A DNA stretch of 64,000 nucleotides from Octopus sinensis (lineage: Eukaryota). A program made the translations under genes and the position numbers. Below the pieces are notes generated by a model. It saw only the letters and a list, made by a program, of their open reading frames with translations. It searched no databases and was not told where the DNA came from. Location: positions 202,306,001-202,370,000 of the forward strand of contig NC_042998.1 in the NCBI RefSeq assembly GCF_006345805.1. Reading direction: 5' to 3'. Shown piece after piece: positions 1 to 13,681 of the stretch. Positions within the stretch are counted from its first letter, which is position 1, and each line of letters begins with the position of its first letter.

Positions 1-430
1 TGTAAATACGTAGTATATCTACACATACCCACACACAAACACACACACATACACATACACGCACACACACACACGCAGATGCATACACAAACGCTAACAA
101 ACACACACATGTATACACGTATATTTATACCTACTTATAGACAGACAGCTAGATAGACAGATAGATAGACAGTCAAATAGACGCACACCTGCAGGCAGAC
201 AGACACACGGACATCCAGACAGACATCTAGACTGACAAAGAGAAGACAGACAGACAGACAGACAGATAGATAGACACACGTACAAACAGATATACAGGCA
301 CACATACAGACAGGCATAGAAGCAGACAGACAGTCAAATAGCCACACACCTGCAGACAGACAATCAGACAGACAGATAGTCAGACAGAAAGACAAACAGA
401 CAGATAGAGAGAGATAGAGAGAGAGAGATA
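1..430. repeat. Compound microsatellite (CA)n/(GACA)n/(GATA)n
   Basis: Seen directly; explains the two low-complexity ORFs at 94-470. Confidence 0.95.
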
Positions 431-799
431 AATGGATGTTGGATTGTTTGATTCGTAGATTTATGTACATATGTCAACTAAACATTACTGACTTAAAAGC
501 AAAACCGCAATACTGATTGTACATTGAAAATAATATTAATTAGAAATAATGGATGTATAGCTTTTGTCTGAGACTGGCAACTCAGTTCAGTTTTAGGATG
601 ATGAAATTTTTCTAATAATCAGGAAATAATATCCGTCGGTATGAGTGGTGAGTATTCAGTTATAGCGAATTGGCTAAGTCATTAGATCATCAGATCAAAT
701 GCCACGTATCATTTGTACCGGCAATCGGTGCTCTGAGTTTAGAATGTCACCGGGATCGATTTTACCTTTTATATTACAGCGCTGTCAATCTAAAATGGC

Positions 800-1100
800 T
801 GGTTGGTGAAACTGGAAAGAAATCGAACAAGTTAGCTCGTTAGCACGCCGGGCGAATTGCTTAGCGGTATTTCATCTGCGTTACGTTGTGAGTTCAAATT
901 CCACCGAGGTCGACTTTGCCTTTCAACCTTTCGGGGTCGATAAATTAAGTACCAGTAACGCACTGGGTCGATGTAATCGACTTAATACCTATGTCTGTCC
1001 TTGTTTGTCCCCTCTGTGTTTAGCCCCTTGTGAGTAGTAAAGAAATAGGTATTTCTTCATGTTTGTTTTTTACGCAATATGAGTTCAAATCCCGCCGTGG
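800..1100 (+). mobile_element. tRNA-derived SINE, family A (working label), with partial second unit
   Basis: B-box-like GAGTTCAAATTC followed by body GTCGACTTTGCCTTTCA...GCCCCTTGTG; about 10 homologous copies in the window. Confidence 0.85.
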
Positions 1101-1605
1101 TATATGGAGTTGTAGATTAAATCCGTCGCCCTGTGTAAAGACGCATCTTAAGCACATCTAACAGAATTCACTCCCCTCATGTGTTCGAGGCAAGTATCGA
1201 ACTTGAAATTACTTACTTCTCTCCTCCTTATCAGACACCTAGAATTCACTGCGAAGGGCTATGGGCTTAGTCTGTCCTACTACCAACTACTAAATAAAAT
1301 TGAACTATTTACTCATTAAATTTCAGTGTGCAAATGTACTGAAGACACCTTAACGCTTAATATTATCTTCAGTCACTCTCAGCAGATCTCAGTCTGACAA
1401 GTTTGCATATATGGATTATAGGTGCCACTCACCGACTATTTCTATGAAACCAATTCCATCGAAAAGGCATAATGTGACTTGATATTAAAGTAAAACACCC
1501 TTCTCAAGATACCATATCGTGGGATCCTACCAGAGACGTCAGTTTGCCGGAAAAAAAAATTATTCATTTGGCGACGTTGCATCCGTGTAGCCGTGCATTG
1601 ATGTA

Positions 1606-2753
1606 TTAGTTTGGCAAGTAATTGCCGGCGTCTTTTTTAAAATTTAAATGTTTCAAAAGTTTTAATAAAAAATAACTACTAAGGAATCAATAATGTATTC
1701 ACCCTTGTTGTTTACAACTTCTTTCCAACGTTCAACAAGATTTTCAATACCTCCTTGGTAGAAATCACCCGATTTCGACAAGAAAAATTGATCCAACCAA
1801 GGTCTCAATTCTGCATCAGTATTGAACGAAATTCCGCGCATAGCATTTGAAAGAAATCGAAAGAGGTGGAAATCCGTTGGTGTCAAATACACTTCCCAGC
1901 CATGCGTTTGAATGGATTCCTTGGTCATAATGTCGATATGAGGGCGGCGTTGTCGTGCAGCAGAAGCACTCCATGTTGCCGATTAGGTTTTTTTTCTTGA
2001 GCCGTGTTGAGTCATTCCATCTGTTGAACATAGAGTTCCGCGTGGGCCGTTTGGTTCTGTTTAAGCAATTTGTAATGAACAATCCCTTTCCAGTCACACC
2101 ATACGCACAACATTGTTTTACGCGGATGAAGATCTTGTTTCACGCGCGGTGTGATGTACAGGCATCATTTTTCGTCGCCAGCACCGATTCGGTAAAGAAA
2201 TCGTTGCTTGTGTCCATGAGTTGAGCGGTGACGAACAAGCAATTCAGCGGAGATTGTGGCTCGTTGATTTTTGCTGTTGTCACTTAAAGAATGCAGAACT
2301 CATGCGCCATACTCCTGAACCGTTCCTATCGAGCGAAGATGCTCCTCTATAGCAGTTTGGGTGCATTCCATTTTTCTGCCACATCCCTTGTCGTTTGACG
2401 AGATTTTTCGTCGAACTCATATGCCAGAACGAGGTACGACTTTAAGGTCAAAATTTCCATTTTTGAACTTGGCATACCAATCACGAGCGGTTCTTTCGGC
2501 TATGGCACCCTCTCCATACATAACACAAATGTCGCGAGCAGTTTTTGCTGCCTTAGAACCTTGATTAAAAGCAAAATGAAGGATGTGTCGAATAAACAAA
2601 AATTAACAAAAATTAACTATTAAAAAAGAAAAGCAAAATAGATTCCAAAACCATTCAAAAATAGAATTCTCGAAAAAAATAGATTCCAAAATTTAAAAGC
2701 GCAATAGATTCGAAAATTTTAAAAAAACGGCCATAACTTAGTTGCCAACCCAA
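1606..2753 (-). mobile_element. Near full-length decayed mariner (DD34D-type) transposon
   Basis: Imperfect TIRs (TTAGTTTGGCAAGTAATT / ACTTAGTTGCCAACCCAA), TA at 1604-1605 and 2754-2755. Minus-strand ORF pieces give the HTH (AAKTARDICVMYGEGAIAERTARDWYAKFKNG) and C-terminus (PTDFHLFRFLSN...GIENLVERWKEVVNNKGEY), broken by frameshifts. Confidence 0.93.
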
Positions 2754-5426
2754 TATTTTCAATATAGTGTCTTGGTGAGAGCCAGAGGAGCTCCTAAATC
2801 TACTTAATCGGCACTAACATACGATAAAATAACAAATTTACAAAGTGCTTCTGAGTACTTATAACAATGTTTTGCTCTGTTGTCTATGTGAGTAATTCAG
2901 AACTAATGCCAAATCTGCAACTACTATTGAAATCTGGGAGAAGTCATTTTTGTACAGTTGTAAATGAATTGTCATATATAGACTCTCTTCGGCATTTGTG
3001 GCACTAACACAAATATGATGTCCTATACTGATTATTATGGCATCATATATGAGCTGGCACAATAGAAATAATGATAAATTATTTCACTGACATTCTTTTA
3101 AAACAATATTTGAAAAGTGCATATAATTTAATAATTTATGCCAGTGCATGTTAAAAGGAAATATGATTGAAGAGAATCAGATTAACAAAGAAAATAAGTT
3201 TATAAATTATTTATATAGAGCTTTAAAAGAGAATTCAGAAATAATTCCATCAGCAATATTAGCTGTTTATAAAACTGATGATTTATGTGTCAAATTCTGT
3301 TTTTATACTAATATTCTTTTTAATTCCTTCATTTATTTAAATCCTTATTTTTTATTCTTCCATCATATTCTCTCCAAATTTTACTATTTCAAATATGCAT
3401 TTTTTTTTCATTTTGCACACTTTTTATTTCATTTCCAAGCTTTTTATATAGTCATTCCATTCGCCTTTTCACGTTTAATATTGATTATTGTTTTCTAAAT
3501 GTATTATTGAAAAACTTGCTTTAAAATGCTAAGCAACACAAGCTATTTAACTATATTTTAACTATATTTTATATGATGTAACTATTCATCATCCGCAGAG
3601 ATTTAAATATCGCGTGATCAGTGTTTCATAGTATATTTTGAATCAAGCACAATATTTCATAAACGCATCTGTTATAAAGGTAGCCAACATTTTTCATTAT
3701 ATAACAAATGAATTAATCTCTCACTCAACTATCTTTACATCGGTCACTTCATTACAATTACATAACAACAGTTTAAATTTATACAACTATCAAACATAAA
3801 ATGTGTATCAATCATCTACTGTCTACTCTAAACATAAGGTGGATTATAATGTATTCTAACTACTACTTATCTATAACATATTTTTAATGTGAACAAATTA
3901 TACATAAATATATTTAAGATGCCTCAGACTATTTTTCATAAGATACTTCCCATAATATTATATAATTTTAATTTATCTTAAAGAACGATAAATATATATC
4001 AAATATATGGAGGAAAAATAGTCGATAGAAACTATAAATTTTATTGTCGCTCTCTGGTATTCTAATAAAGTGTAGGACGGTACTACATAAACAGTATGCA
4101 GTATCAATACCGCTTTACAAATATTACTGTTTTATAACGATAAATTATTTGCCCAGAAGCAGTGAGTTGTAAGCTGGAAGGTTTCTCTTGATTGAGTATG
4201 TCCACCGATATTAGGTAGACAATCAATTTCAAACATCACGAGGAGAAATATATATATTAGAAGGAAATGCTTTTCTAACAGGCTTGTTTCTGTGGTTCTA
4301 AGAAGATACTACACTCGAGATTAATTATAGGGAGGGAATTTTACTTTTAGCATAATTAATTTTTCACATAGAATTTTCCTTCGATGATCCAATATTTTAT
4401 TTAAAAAATGATCAGAACTTCAACGACTCTCAGGCTTCGCATTACAGTATCTGTCTCTTTGACAGAGATTCCGATAAGAACTAACGGTCCATCATTTTTA
4501 ATGCAACCCTACCTCATACTCGTTCATTATGTCGAGTATTTAAAAAGATCCCATTGTCAGAAGATTATCAGAAAATTCTAGTATTGACAAATAATCCTGT
4601 TATGAATTCATCTGTGCATTTGATTGGCCAGCTTTTTGCCATACTGAATTTGTAACACACACTTGCTTGATGGGGAAGGATGGTTGTACTGGATTAAGTG
4701 TTCCCAGTAGCGGCCAGAGCAGTCCAAAGTGCATACATGCTTCAAAATACATACACATAATCGGACGTTTGTACGCTAAATATGTTAAAAAATTGGTTGG
4801 TCTTCGTTCAAAAAACTGTCTTATTCAAGATCGTTGTGCTATTTGTCTCTAACTCGAATTCTTCATGCAGCGTGTTTTTGGAAACCAGTTGTCGTGGCTT
4901 AGCAACACGAAGAACACTGGAGAAGATCCAAAGACAAGTAACATAGTGAAAGACAGAAACAACCCTTTTAGTCACAATTATATACTAAATCGAAAATATA
5001 AAGCGTTATGAACGTCATAAGAAAATTTTAAGTAGAATAAAATGCCTTCTGTAAGGTATAAAATGCTATGAAAATACCCTTTAACACCTAGAGCGCTAAA
5101 CGTTTCAAATACGTTGAATGGAAGGGAGATTATATTCATACTTTTATTCTGAAAAACATTTCCGAAAACGTGAATACGCAATAAAGAAAAAGCATTTTTC
5201 GCGGATTCTCCTAAAGCAATAATGCTTTTAAAAAAAACAAAAACCTTACCTCCTGTCACATAAAACCAGACTCATACCGCTGTGTTACCGGGCCTTCTTC
5301 ACAAAAATAGCTATGAATGTAATAGTAGTATCACTGATTAGTGTGCAATAATCTTGAAGAAAGATAAACAATTAAAATGTATTCTGCGTGATACATACCT
5401 GGAATTATTACTTCGTTTTTTTAAAG

Positions 5427-5580
5427 CCCCGTCACAAGACAGAAAATATTATCTGAAATGCATTGAGTCAATGTTAACAGCACCATCTCAACCGAGGATG
5501 GATATTGTGAATATTAATGAGAGATCAATAGCTGCTTCTTTTGGCAAATTTGATCTTATTACAGACTTTTACAACAAGTT
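5427..5580 (+). CDS. Candidate host exon (weakly FN3-like peptide)
   Basis: TTTTTTTAAAG acceptor, GTAAAT donor, open frame APSQDRKYYLKCIESMLTAPSQPRMDIVNINERSIAASFGKFDLITDFYNK. Resemblance to an FN3 N-terminus is by eye only. Confidence 0.2.
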
Positions 5581-5992
5581 GTAAATATTAAAGGCCGTGG
5601 ATATATAAAGGCGAAGCAATAGCACGGAGAATATTAGAAGTTATCCTAGTATAATCTCCCCCGCATGGCTTCGCTATATATCGTATATCTGATGGCAAAT
5701 GCTACAAGAGTTTAATGTTAAATGACAATAAATACTTGTAAGTAACTAGTAATCAGGGAATTCGGATAACAAAACGTGATTCTCAGAACCTCTAGGTTAC
5801 AATAAATCAAGATCTGGGTGCTTCATAATATAACTGTTGTACCCATACTCATTCAACCTTTTAAACTTCTCGATTGGACGTCTGATGTGATCAGGGTGGG
5901 CTACCGATAATAATGCTCAAAATATAGTCAATGACATATATTGAATGACACCCAACTCTATATAAAATAGATTTCTCTAAGCATAGTTGATA

Positions 5993-6209
5993 TGAGGGGG
6001 TGATGAAAAGTTCCTGGATTTCGCTAAAAAAAACATAGAGGAGGATCATTTAATTATGATTTCATTCAGCGTATTCCCCTCTCAGATTCACACGTATATT
6101 ACAACGATTCTTCAGTTTTTCTAAGCTCTGGACAAGAACTCGGAACTTTTGGCCTCCAGCCAGGCCTTTGGCGTTAGACTTAAAGCCAAGGACTTTTCAG
6201 ATCCCCTCG
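5993..6209. mobile_element. Mariner-derived MITE
   Basis: TIRs TGAGGGGGTGATGAAAAGTTCCTGG / CCAAGGACTTTTCAGATCCCCTCG with TA on both sides; same family as 19431-19644. Confidence 0.85.
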
Positions 6210-6239
6210 TAAACAAGAGATGGAAGGAAAACAGACATT

Positions 6240-7110
6240 CAGTGAATTCCTCTTTCAATTTCGTAATGAAGTATACAACCGAAGCTCAGCTGCGAATTAG
6301 ACTGAAGTTTTTCTCCCATTTCCTTAAAACATTTCATTACGATAATAATGCAAATATCTGCAATAAGTTGTGGTTGAAATGTATACAACCAGAAATCAAG
6401 GTAATCGTACAAAGAAAGCAAATTCGATCCGCTAAAATCGATGAATGGTTTGAGAGGATTTAAGAGGTAGATGAATAATTGGCGTAGTTTGGGATTAAAA
6501 TAGGATGACCAAGGATACACACTTCAGGAAATTTACACAGCTTTGTCACAACAGAATATCAGATGAAAGGCATTTGGTTAATCAGCGAAAATCACGTATG
6601 ACGATGTTCTCAGAAAGTTTTAAGGTGATAACAATTCACATAATCAAAGCAATATATTTTTGACCGACAACAAGTTTTAGGTCTCACATTGAACGGTAGG
6701 ATTTTGTAATGCAGGAATGAGAAATAACTACGAAGTATCTCACATGGGAAAAAGATGAAGCTGAAGGTAAAATTCCTAGATATGTCGAATGTTGCAGTCG
6801 CTGTGGAACTGAAATCGAAGATGTGATTCACATCATAAGTATCTAACCGAAAATATCATCGCACTACAATTTATCTATGAAGTATAATGTTATGAGAAAT
6901 ATATTATGCAATGAAAACGAAGAAAGAATAATCCTCAGGTATAAAAACAAAATATATATTTACCTCGAAATAAAGAGTTTACTCATAAAATACCGTAGAA
7001 TTTTCCTGTTCGAACAATCCTAGATAATAGGCGTAATAATAAACATAATTTGTAGCTCTGAAAAAACCGCTTGCTTCGTCGGGGAAATCAGTTAGTAAGT
7101 AGATGTTGAC
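6240..7110 (+). mobile_element. Highly decayed R4/NeSL-type (RLE) LINE C-terminus
   Basis: Translates to remnants such as QE*EITTKYL...CSRCGTEIEDVIHIIS (CCHC knuckle) and TVEFSC (endonuclease region). Confidence 0.55.
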
Positions 7111-7600
7111 ATGATACAGGAACTCAAGCGGCATTGAAGATAATGATGAATATATCGATGGATATATCGATGAGTAGGAGGTGAAAAAGCCTCGTTAGAG
7201 GGTTCGAAACCTCATCTTATTGTATTATTTGTAGTGGTTTATAACCGCAATTGTGTTTTGAAAAAAAACATGTTAAGTAAGAGGTTTTAGTGCCTCCTTC
7301 TTGTAAGAGGGTTGAAACCTCATATTGATTTTTTAAAAGAAGAAAACATGTTTTCGAGAAAAACCCAATGGGCGGGTGTTGGGTTTCGTTTCTCATTTAT
7401 TCATTTTATTTCATTTTCATTCATTAATGTGTTTGTCCAGCCTGCAAAACTACACTCTTTGTACTGTCTATATGACAAATTGTTTGAAATAAAGTAGATG
7501 TTGACATGATATTTTTAAGATCAGGAGAACAAAAAAGGGAAAACACGAAACAGAGGACATATATGCCGTTAATCTCGTAAGATAAAGCTTTAGAATTACT

Positions 7601-7997
7601 CTTTCGTTTTACTTGTTTCAATCATTTGACTGTGGCCATGCAGGAGCACCGCCTTTAGTCGAGCAAATCGACCCCAGGACTTATTCTTTGTAAGCCTAGT
7701 ACTTATTCTATCGGTCTCTTTTGCCGAACCGCTAAATTAAAGGGACGTAAAAATACCACCATCGGTTGTCAAGTGATGTTGGTGGAACAAACACAGACAC
7801 ACAAGCATATACTCAGACATATATATATATATATATATATACATATATTCGACGGGCTTCTTCCAGTTTCCGTCTACCAAATACACTCACAAGGCTTTGA
7901 TCGGCACGATGCAATAGAAGAAGACACTTGCCCAACGTGCCACGCAGCGGGCTGAACTCGGAACCATGTGGTTCGTAAGCAAGCTACTTACCACACT
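7601..7997 (-). mobile_element. tRNA-derived SINE, family B (internal TA/CA microsatellite)
   Basis: Reverse complement of copies at 55797 and 60705 (head GTGTGGTAAGTAGCTTGCT...GGTTCCGAGTTCAG; GGGCAAGTGTCTTC core). Confidence 0.9.
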
Positions 7998-8280
7998 GTT
8001 CAACTTTGTTTCACAAACCTAAAAATAATCACGGTTAATTTGAAAATTAGTTACACGTTTTTATGTAAGATAGATAGATAGAGAGAGAGAGACAGGCACA
8101 CATATAGGCAGACAGACAAACAGACAGATACATACATGCATACATACATTCCTACATACATATGTATATATGTACGTACATATGTAAGTATCTATGTATA
8201 TAGATCGCCATGTTGATTCGCTAGCTTCTGCACGCATTTTTTTTCTCTCCTTGTTTCTTTCCGTGTTTCTTTTCGGTGTA

Positions 8281-8318
8281 TCTTTCTGTTGAAGAGCGTA
8301 GGCTCGAAACGTAAAAGA
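8281..8318 (+). ncRNA. Minimal type I hammerhead-like motif, one core substitution
   Basis: TCTTT-CTGTTGA-A-GAGC(GTAG)GCTC-GAAAC-GTA-AAAGA: stem I 5 bp, stem II 4 bp; CUGAUGA reads CUGUUGA. Confidence 0.6.
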
Positions 8319-9441
8319 CTTGTTTTATTTATATTCCTGAGCGCCATACTAATACAATTGTTTGTTTGTATTCCACCTGCCTTCGTCTTTTGTTTATTTT
8401 CATAAAGCTTCCCGTTATATAATATATATATTTGAAGGGTTATGCATACAATGTCATATATCTGTAGAGACATACATGACCACCTAACTAATTTTGTCAA
8501 AATGTCTAATGAATTAGACTAGTTTCGCAGTTAGTGATGAGCTGTTGTATTTTTATTTACTTATGAAATAGTGAATTATACATATCTTTTGCGTCCGATG
8601 TACTGCATATCGTGTTACTTTCCTGCATCTAGAAATGCAATAAAATATGCTAGAATGTTTAAATTGCTAGCAATTATCGTCATACTTGCATTATATGCAC
8701 AGAAATGAAAAAAAGAAGGAAGAAATACTCATATTATGTATCATATATATATATATATATATATATATGTTATTGTTTCTGTGATTTCAAACCGTAGAAT
8801 TTTCTTCAAACCATATCCTTATGCATTTGAGATTTTCCTTCTGAAAATCATGTACGCAAAATATCATTTTCCTGTCCAATATAATCGTCGGTTCTACTTT
8901 CAAACAAAATACCCTTCCTGAAGTATCATTTTCCCGTCTGAATAAATATATTATGCTGTATAAAATTATATTTGTTCATAATTTGAATTTCAAAATTCTC
9001 CATATAATGGGTATGTGCATCCCTGAATATTTTGCCGTCACGTAAAATCCCGTAATGCAAAATTGATTTTCCTTTTCGTTTTCATTTTTTAACGGGCTAA
9101 CGAGTTTCGACAGATATTTACTAAAGAAAACAGTAACAACAAAAGAAAACACAAGGGAAACAACTATTTTTACGTATGAAAATAATTTCAAAACATACAT
9201 AGAAATACATAAGGGAAAAGAAAAGATTCAAAATGTTGTAATAGGCCAATAAATAAAAAGGTCTTTAGTGTCTAAAGAATGTTGGAGGAGTGAGGGGAAA
9301 CTATCTCTTATCTTATATTTCAGCATCTACTTCTGGGGCGAATAACATAGCAATAATTTTTAATACTTATAGTGCATCATCCCTTTGTAGAGCTCGAAGT
9401 AGAAACTGAGCTCGTTGTAAAGTCCTCTTCTGTTATTTATA

Positions 9442-10345
9442 CTAGCAGAAAGACCCCCCCCCCGTGAAGTTTTCTACTAGCCCCTTGATAATATGTTTAC
9501 ATTTGATTCACAATTTTGATAATTTATATATATATTATGCTCTAATCATTTCTCTGTATAATAGCGCTCACTTGCTTAGTAAATATTGCTTTCATTATTT
9601 TATCGAAGTCATAATCTCTTTCTTTGAAACAAACATCACGGTAGTCCAACAACAGAAGGAGAGCAATTTGTCTATTTTTACCTTCCCCTCAAAGTAACAT
9701 AGAGATTACAATCCAGCATCCCATCTGCAATCTTTGCTGTGTGTGTGTGTGTGTGTGTGAGGGAGAGTGTGGGGAAAGAGAACATATCAAACAGTGAATG
9801 AAAAAAACTTGACCTGAAAAAATCGTATATATAAAAGGGAATTACTACAAATGTATACTCCCCGATTTGTTCCCTCATAACATCCAGAAAAATAGTTACC
9901 TTTTAACAAAGTTTTCACCAAATACCGCTTAGGTGTGGCCTCAGAGTATATGGGGAAAACGGGAAAGATTTTTTTCTGCGGGAGTGGAGAGAGGAGTTTT
10001 GGAAAATTCACACGATCTGACTTTTCCCTTCATAACTTTCAGGAAAATATGTATCTTTTAAGGAAATGTTATACAAATCCCTTTGAAACAGCATAGACTA
10101 CGATTTTAAAGAAAGTTGTTGGGGAAAATAATTTTTCGGAGATTTTTCCCATCTGATTTTAAACCACAGATTTGAAATGATGAGGTTAGGGAGGGAGGCA
10201 TCTTTCTATGACAAAGTTTTGAAAACTTTTGTTTACAATCTACTCATCCTCCCACTCTGGTCCTATTTTGGCCAATAATTTTTTTGCACGTGAAAACCAT
10301 GGGAAAAGCATTTACGGTAACAATTGTTTTTTCTTTAAATAGTTA
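9442..10345 (-). mobile_element. Probable non-autonomous Helitron-like element
   Basis: Minus strand ends ...CACGGGGGGGGGGTCTTTCTGCTAG|T, like a Helitron 3' CTAG-T end; other boundary uncertain; no coding remnant. Confidence 0.4.
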
Positions 10346-12904
10346 ATATTTTCGGAGTATAATGTGAGTGATTCAAGGGTTGTTGTTTCAAGTACATCCA
10401 AAGACAACTCTCTCGCATGTATTGAGGTTTTTCAATATATTTTCCCCGTAAATACTTTTATATGCTACAAAAAAGAAAATTTGAGAAATTATGAATTTTT
10501 TGCAACCCCACTCCCTGCCCCCGACTGTTTCTCTTTAGAGAGCCTGAGAAGGTCATTGCTGGAATTAATCTACAGTGATTTAAAAATTCATGGAGATGTA
10601 CTTGCATAGCAAGTGACTTGATCTGAGATTGTGTGCTGAAACAAAGACATTTACAGCACATGGAAGATGTTTATAAATCATTCAAGAACTCACAAAAACC
10701 GTGAGATTCACTTCAACATTTAAATTTCATTTATGTCAAAATATTTCCGATGCTTTGAAATCTCGACCTGTTCAGAAAGCTGTTCACTTCGGCATCATCA
10801 TGCCATTAAATGTGTTTAATAAGAGAAAATAATAATAAAAAAACATCAATAAATATGAGAATTACAAAGGAAAATGGCCAAAATCAGTCCGGATAATTAT
10901 TATTGTAAGGCTTATAGCGTTTTAAACAGCCACAACAGCAAAATACCTCAAAATAATTTTTTTTTTAAATTATACGGGTATTTTAAGATTTTTCATTTTA
11001 TAAATATTGTTTTTATATTACGTATACACTAATAGAATACACTGTCGGTTTTCGAAAGAGCGAAATAAAACTTGGAATGAAAACATGAAAAGGGAACGTT
11101 GGGCTTTGCAAATAAAAGTGGAATACTCCGCAGTGAATGCAATGAATACTTAAATATACGACAAATTGCAGTTTTAAAAATTCAATAAACTTGAGAAATC
11201 GAAATTATATGATATTTCTTGGAACATAAATTTATAAAGATATTTCCAGACAGTCAACCCTTTAATAATTCCTTTCTTTTAGTACTTTTATTAATTGTTA
11301 CATACCCAATTAATAAGCAGCTTTCTCTATTAGAGTATAGATTACATTCACAATTAGACTAGCTATCAGCAGAAACTTGCAGACCTTCCTCTGTAAGTAT
11401 TTTACACTATAGTCCATTTAATTTATGTTGATGTATTTGCTCGACCCTCCTATGTACTCTGAGCTTGCTCTTCTTACAACTTCACTTCATCTTTAGCTAT
11501 ACGTTTCCAGTGAGACCCTAGGAACTCAGCCACATCATCCGCTTTAGCTCCTTCAAAACCTCAAATCCCACACCATTTGCAAGTGTTACTTGCTTGTCGA
11601 ATTTCATATAGAGTTTCTGTTAATGGAAATATTGTAATATCAGAGAAACAGCATGGCCATATATTTCTTCCAAAAAGAAAGCATTCAAATTTGAGGCTTT
11701 GTTTTCATTCCATGACTCAGATATATTATCCACATTACACAGCATGTTGAACGTCTTCCACTTTTTTCTATGTCTATGTTTATCCTTTCAGTCAATTCTA
11801 TTCATAAGTTACTTGAAAGTTCTTTGATAATATGCCTTCAAGTTAACTATTATGCATTGATCCATTGACCGGATCAAAAGAATTAGGTTCTTAGGGATAT
11901 ATTCTATCACTCTATCCGAACGCTCATTTACTTTCATTGGCTGCCTTCTTGCATTGGGTAAAAAGAACAATGCTTTGTTGGAAATATTTTATCTAGCATT
12001 GTAGCTTACTTCAGCAAGATATAAATGTTTATAAATCATTCTTCAAAGAGGTTCTTAACTATTAATGCTTCATTATTTGAAAGCCAAATCAGAGGTAAGT
12101 TAAGCATTGTGTAATCCTAGAAAACTCCCGATTTTCGGATTGATAATCAATTAGAACCTTTCATTTCCAATACGTCGAATCGGGAAAAGAGTTTTGAAAG
12201 GGGTGTTAATATTTCTGCTCGCAGAACAAGAGTTTTAGCAGGCATGAGATTTAATTTAAATAAATGGTCACTTGTAGGAATAAATGGTCACAATGGCAGG
12301 AATAAATTTGAAAGCATTTACCGTGACATTTAGGCAGGTCGACGACCTATACGAGATAATGCCTCTATTTTAGTTTTCTTATGTTATTTTGAACTGCATG
12401 GTTATGTTTGTCAGTTCTTTTTTTTCTTTCTTTGTAAGCACCTGCTGCAGAAAGCGTATCTGTCATGGCTCCACTGAAATGCAGACTGCGATATATAGAC
12501 TGAATGCTATATTTCTGTACCCATTGAGAGCAATGGGTACAATACACATTGCAGAATCTACATTGAAGAGTAAATGTTTATTGAACCCGGATATTCCTAC
12601 ATATATCGATATCCAGATGATATTTGCCTTTAGATAGCAGCTCCATGATAATAGGTTTCAATAAACTGAGTATGTATATATATGTATGTTTATATATGTA
12701 CATATTGTATTTATGCGCATATGTATGTATAGGTATAAATAAATAAATATATATGTGTGTGTGAGTGTGTATGTATGAAAATGTGTGTGTGTCAAAAAGA
12801 GAGAGAGAGAGACATACTTCAGTTAGGAGAACATCTGATTATATAAACTGTTGTGTTATGAAAAATGTGGGTCGCGAGTTCTAAACACTGTTCAGGCGAT
12901 AAAA

Positions 12905-13265
12905 ACCTGGTGTGGATGTGTGGTATAAACGTGCTTCCCATTCATATGTTTCTATGTTCAGTCTTATGCAGGTGTCTTCTATTATAGCCTTGAGCGGACC
13001 AATTCTTTCTGAATGGATTTAGAAGATGGGAACTGAGAGAATCCCGTCGCAGTTATATGCATCTGTATGTATTTGTTTGCCTGCGTTTGTACACCTACCG
13101 TCGCCTGACAACAGGTGTTGGTGTGTTTGCGTCTCCGGAACCTAGCGGGTCGACAAAAGGAACCGATGGAATGAGTACTAAGCTTACAAAGTCATGGGGT
13201 CGATTTGTTTGACTAAAGGCGGTGCTCCAGCATGGCTGCAGTCAAATGACTGAAACAAGTTAACG
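12905..13265 (+). mobile_element. Degenerate SINE family B
   Basis: Matches the family B 3' half (GACTAAAGGCGGTGCTCCAGCATGGC...AAATGACTGAAACAAG). Confidence 0.75.
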
Positions 13266-13681
13266 AATGAAAGAATATGTATATTAGGGACTGTAGGGAC
13301 GTGGAGTTTTTTTTTAAGCAACCATAATATACTCTAGATTATATCAAAACTTTTTATAAGTTATTACCCTGTTCTACTATGTTAGCAGTGCGTTTTACAC
13401 CACTTGTTAAGGTTATGTCTACAGATACTATATAGAAATTATAGTTAGGACTGATGTTTGTAACGACGTTCCGTATCCGAGACATAAGATGTAACAAATA
13501 TAATATACTTCATAGTATATTATTGTTGCACAGCGAAATACCGTGTCAGCTTCCAGGAATGTATTTAATATGTAAAATTGGTATATCCAATAACGTTACA
13601 CGTCTATAATTAGTGGCTATCTAAACAATGTGTTCGTAAACAATTAACGGATCTATATTTAAGAGATGAGGAATTATGTAC

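Noticed and set aside
10735-10790. Hammerhead-like arrangement on the minus strand
   Set aside because: Core reads CTGAACA and stems are poor.
11400-12350. Possible very old LINE relic on the minus strand
   Set aside because: No motif could be read with confidence.
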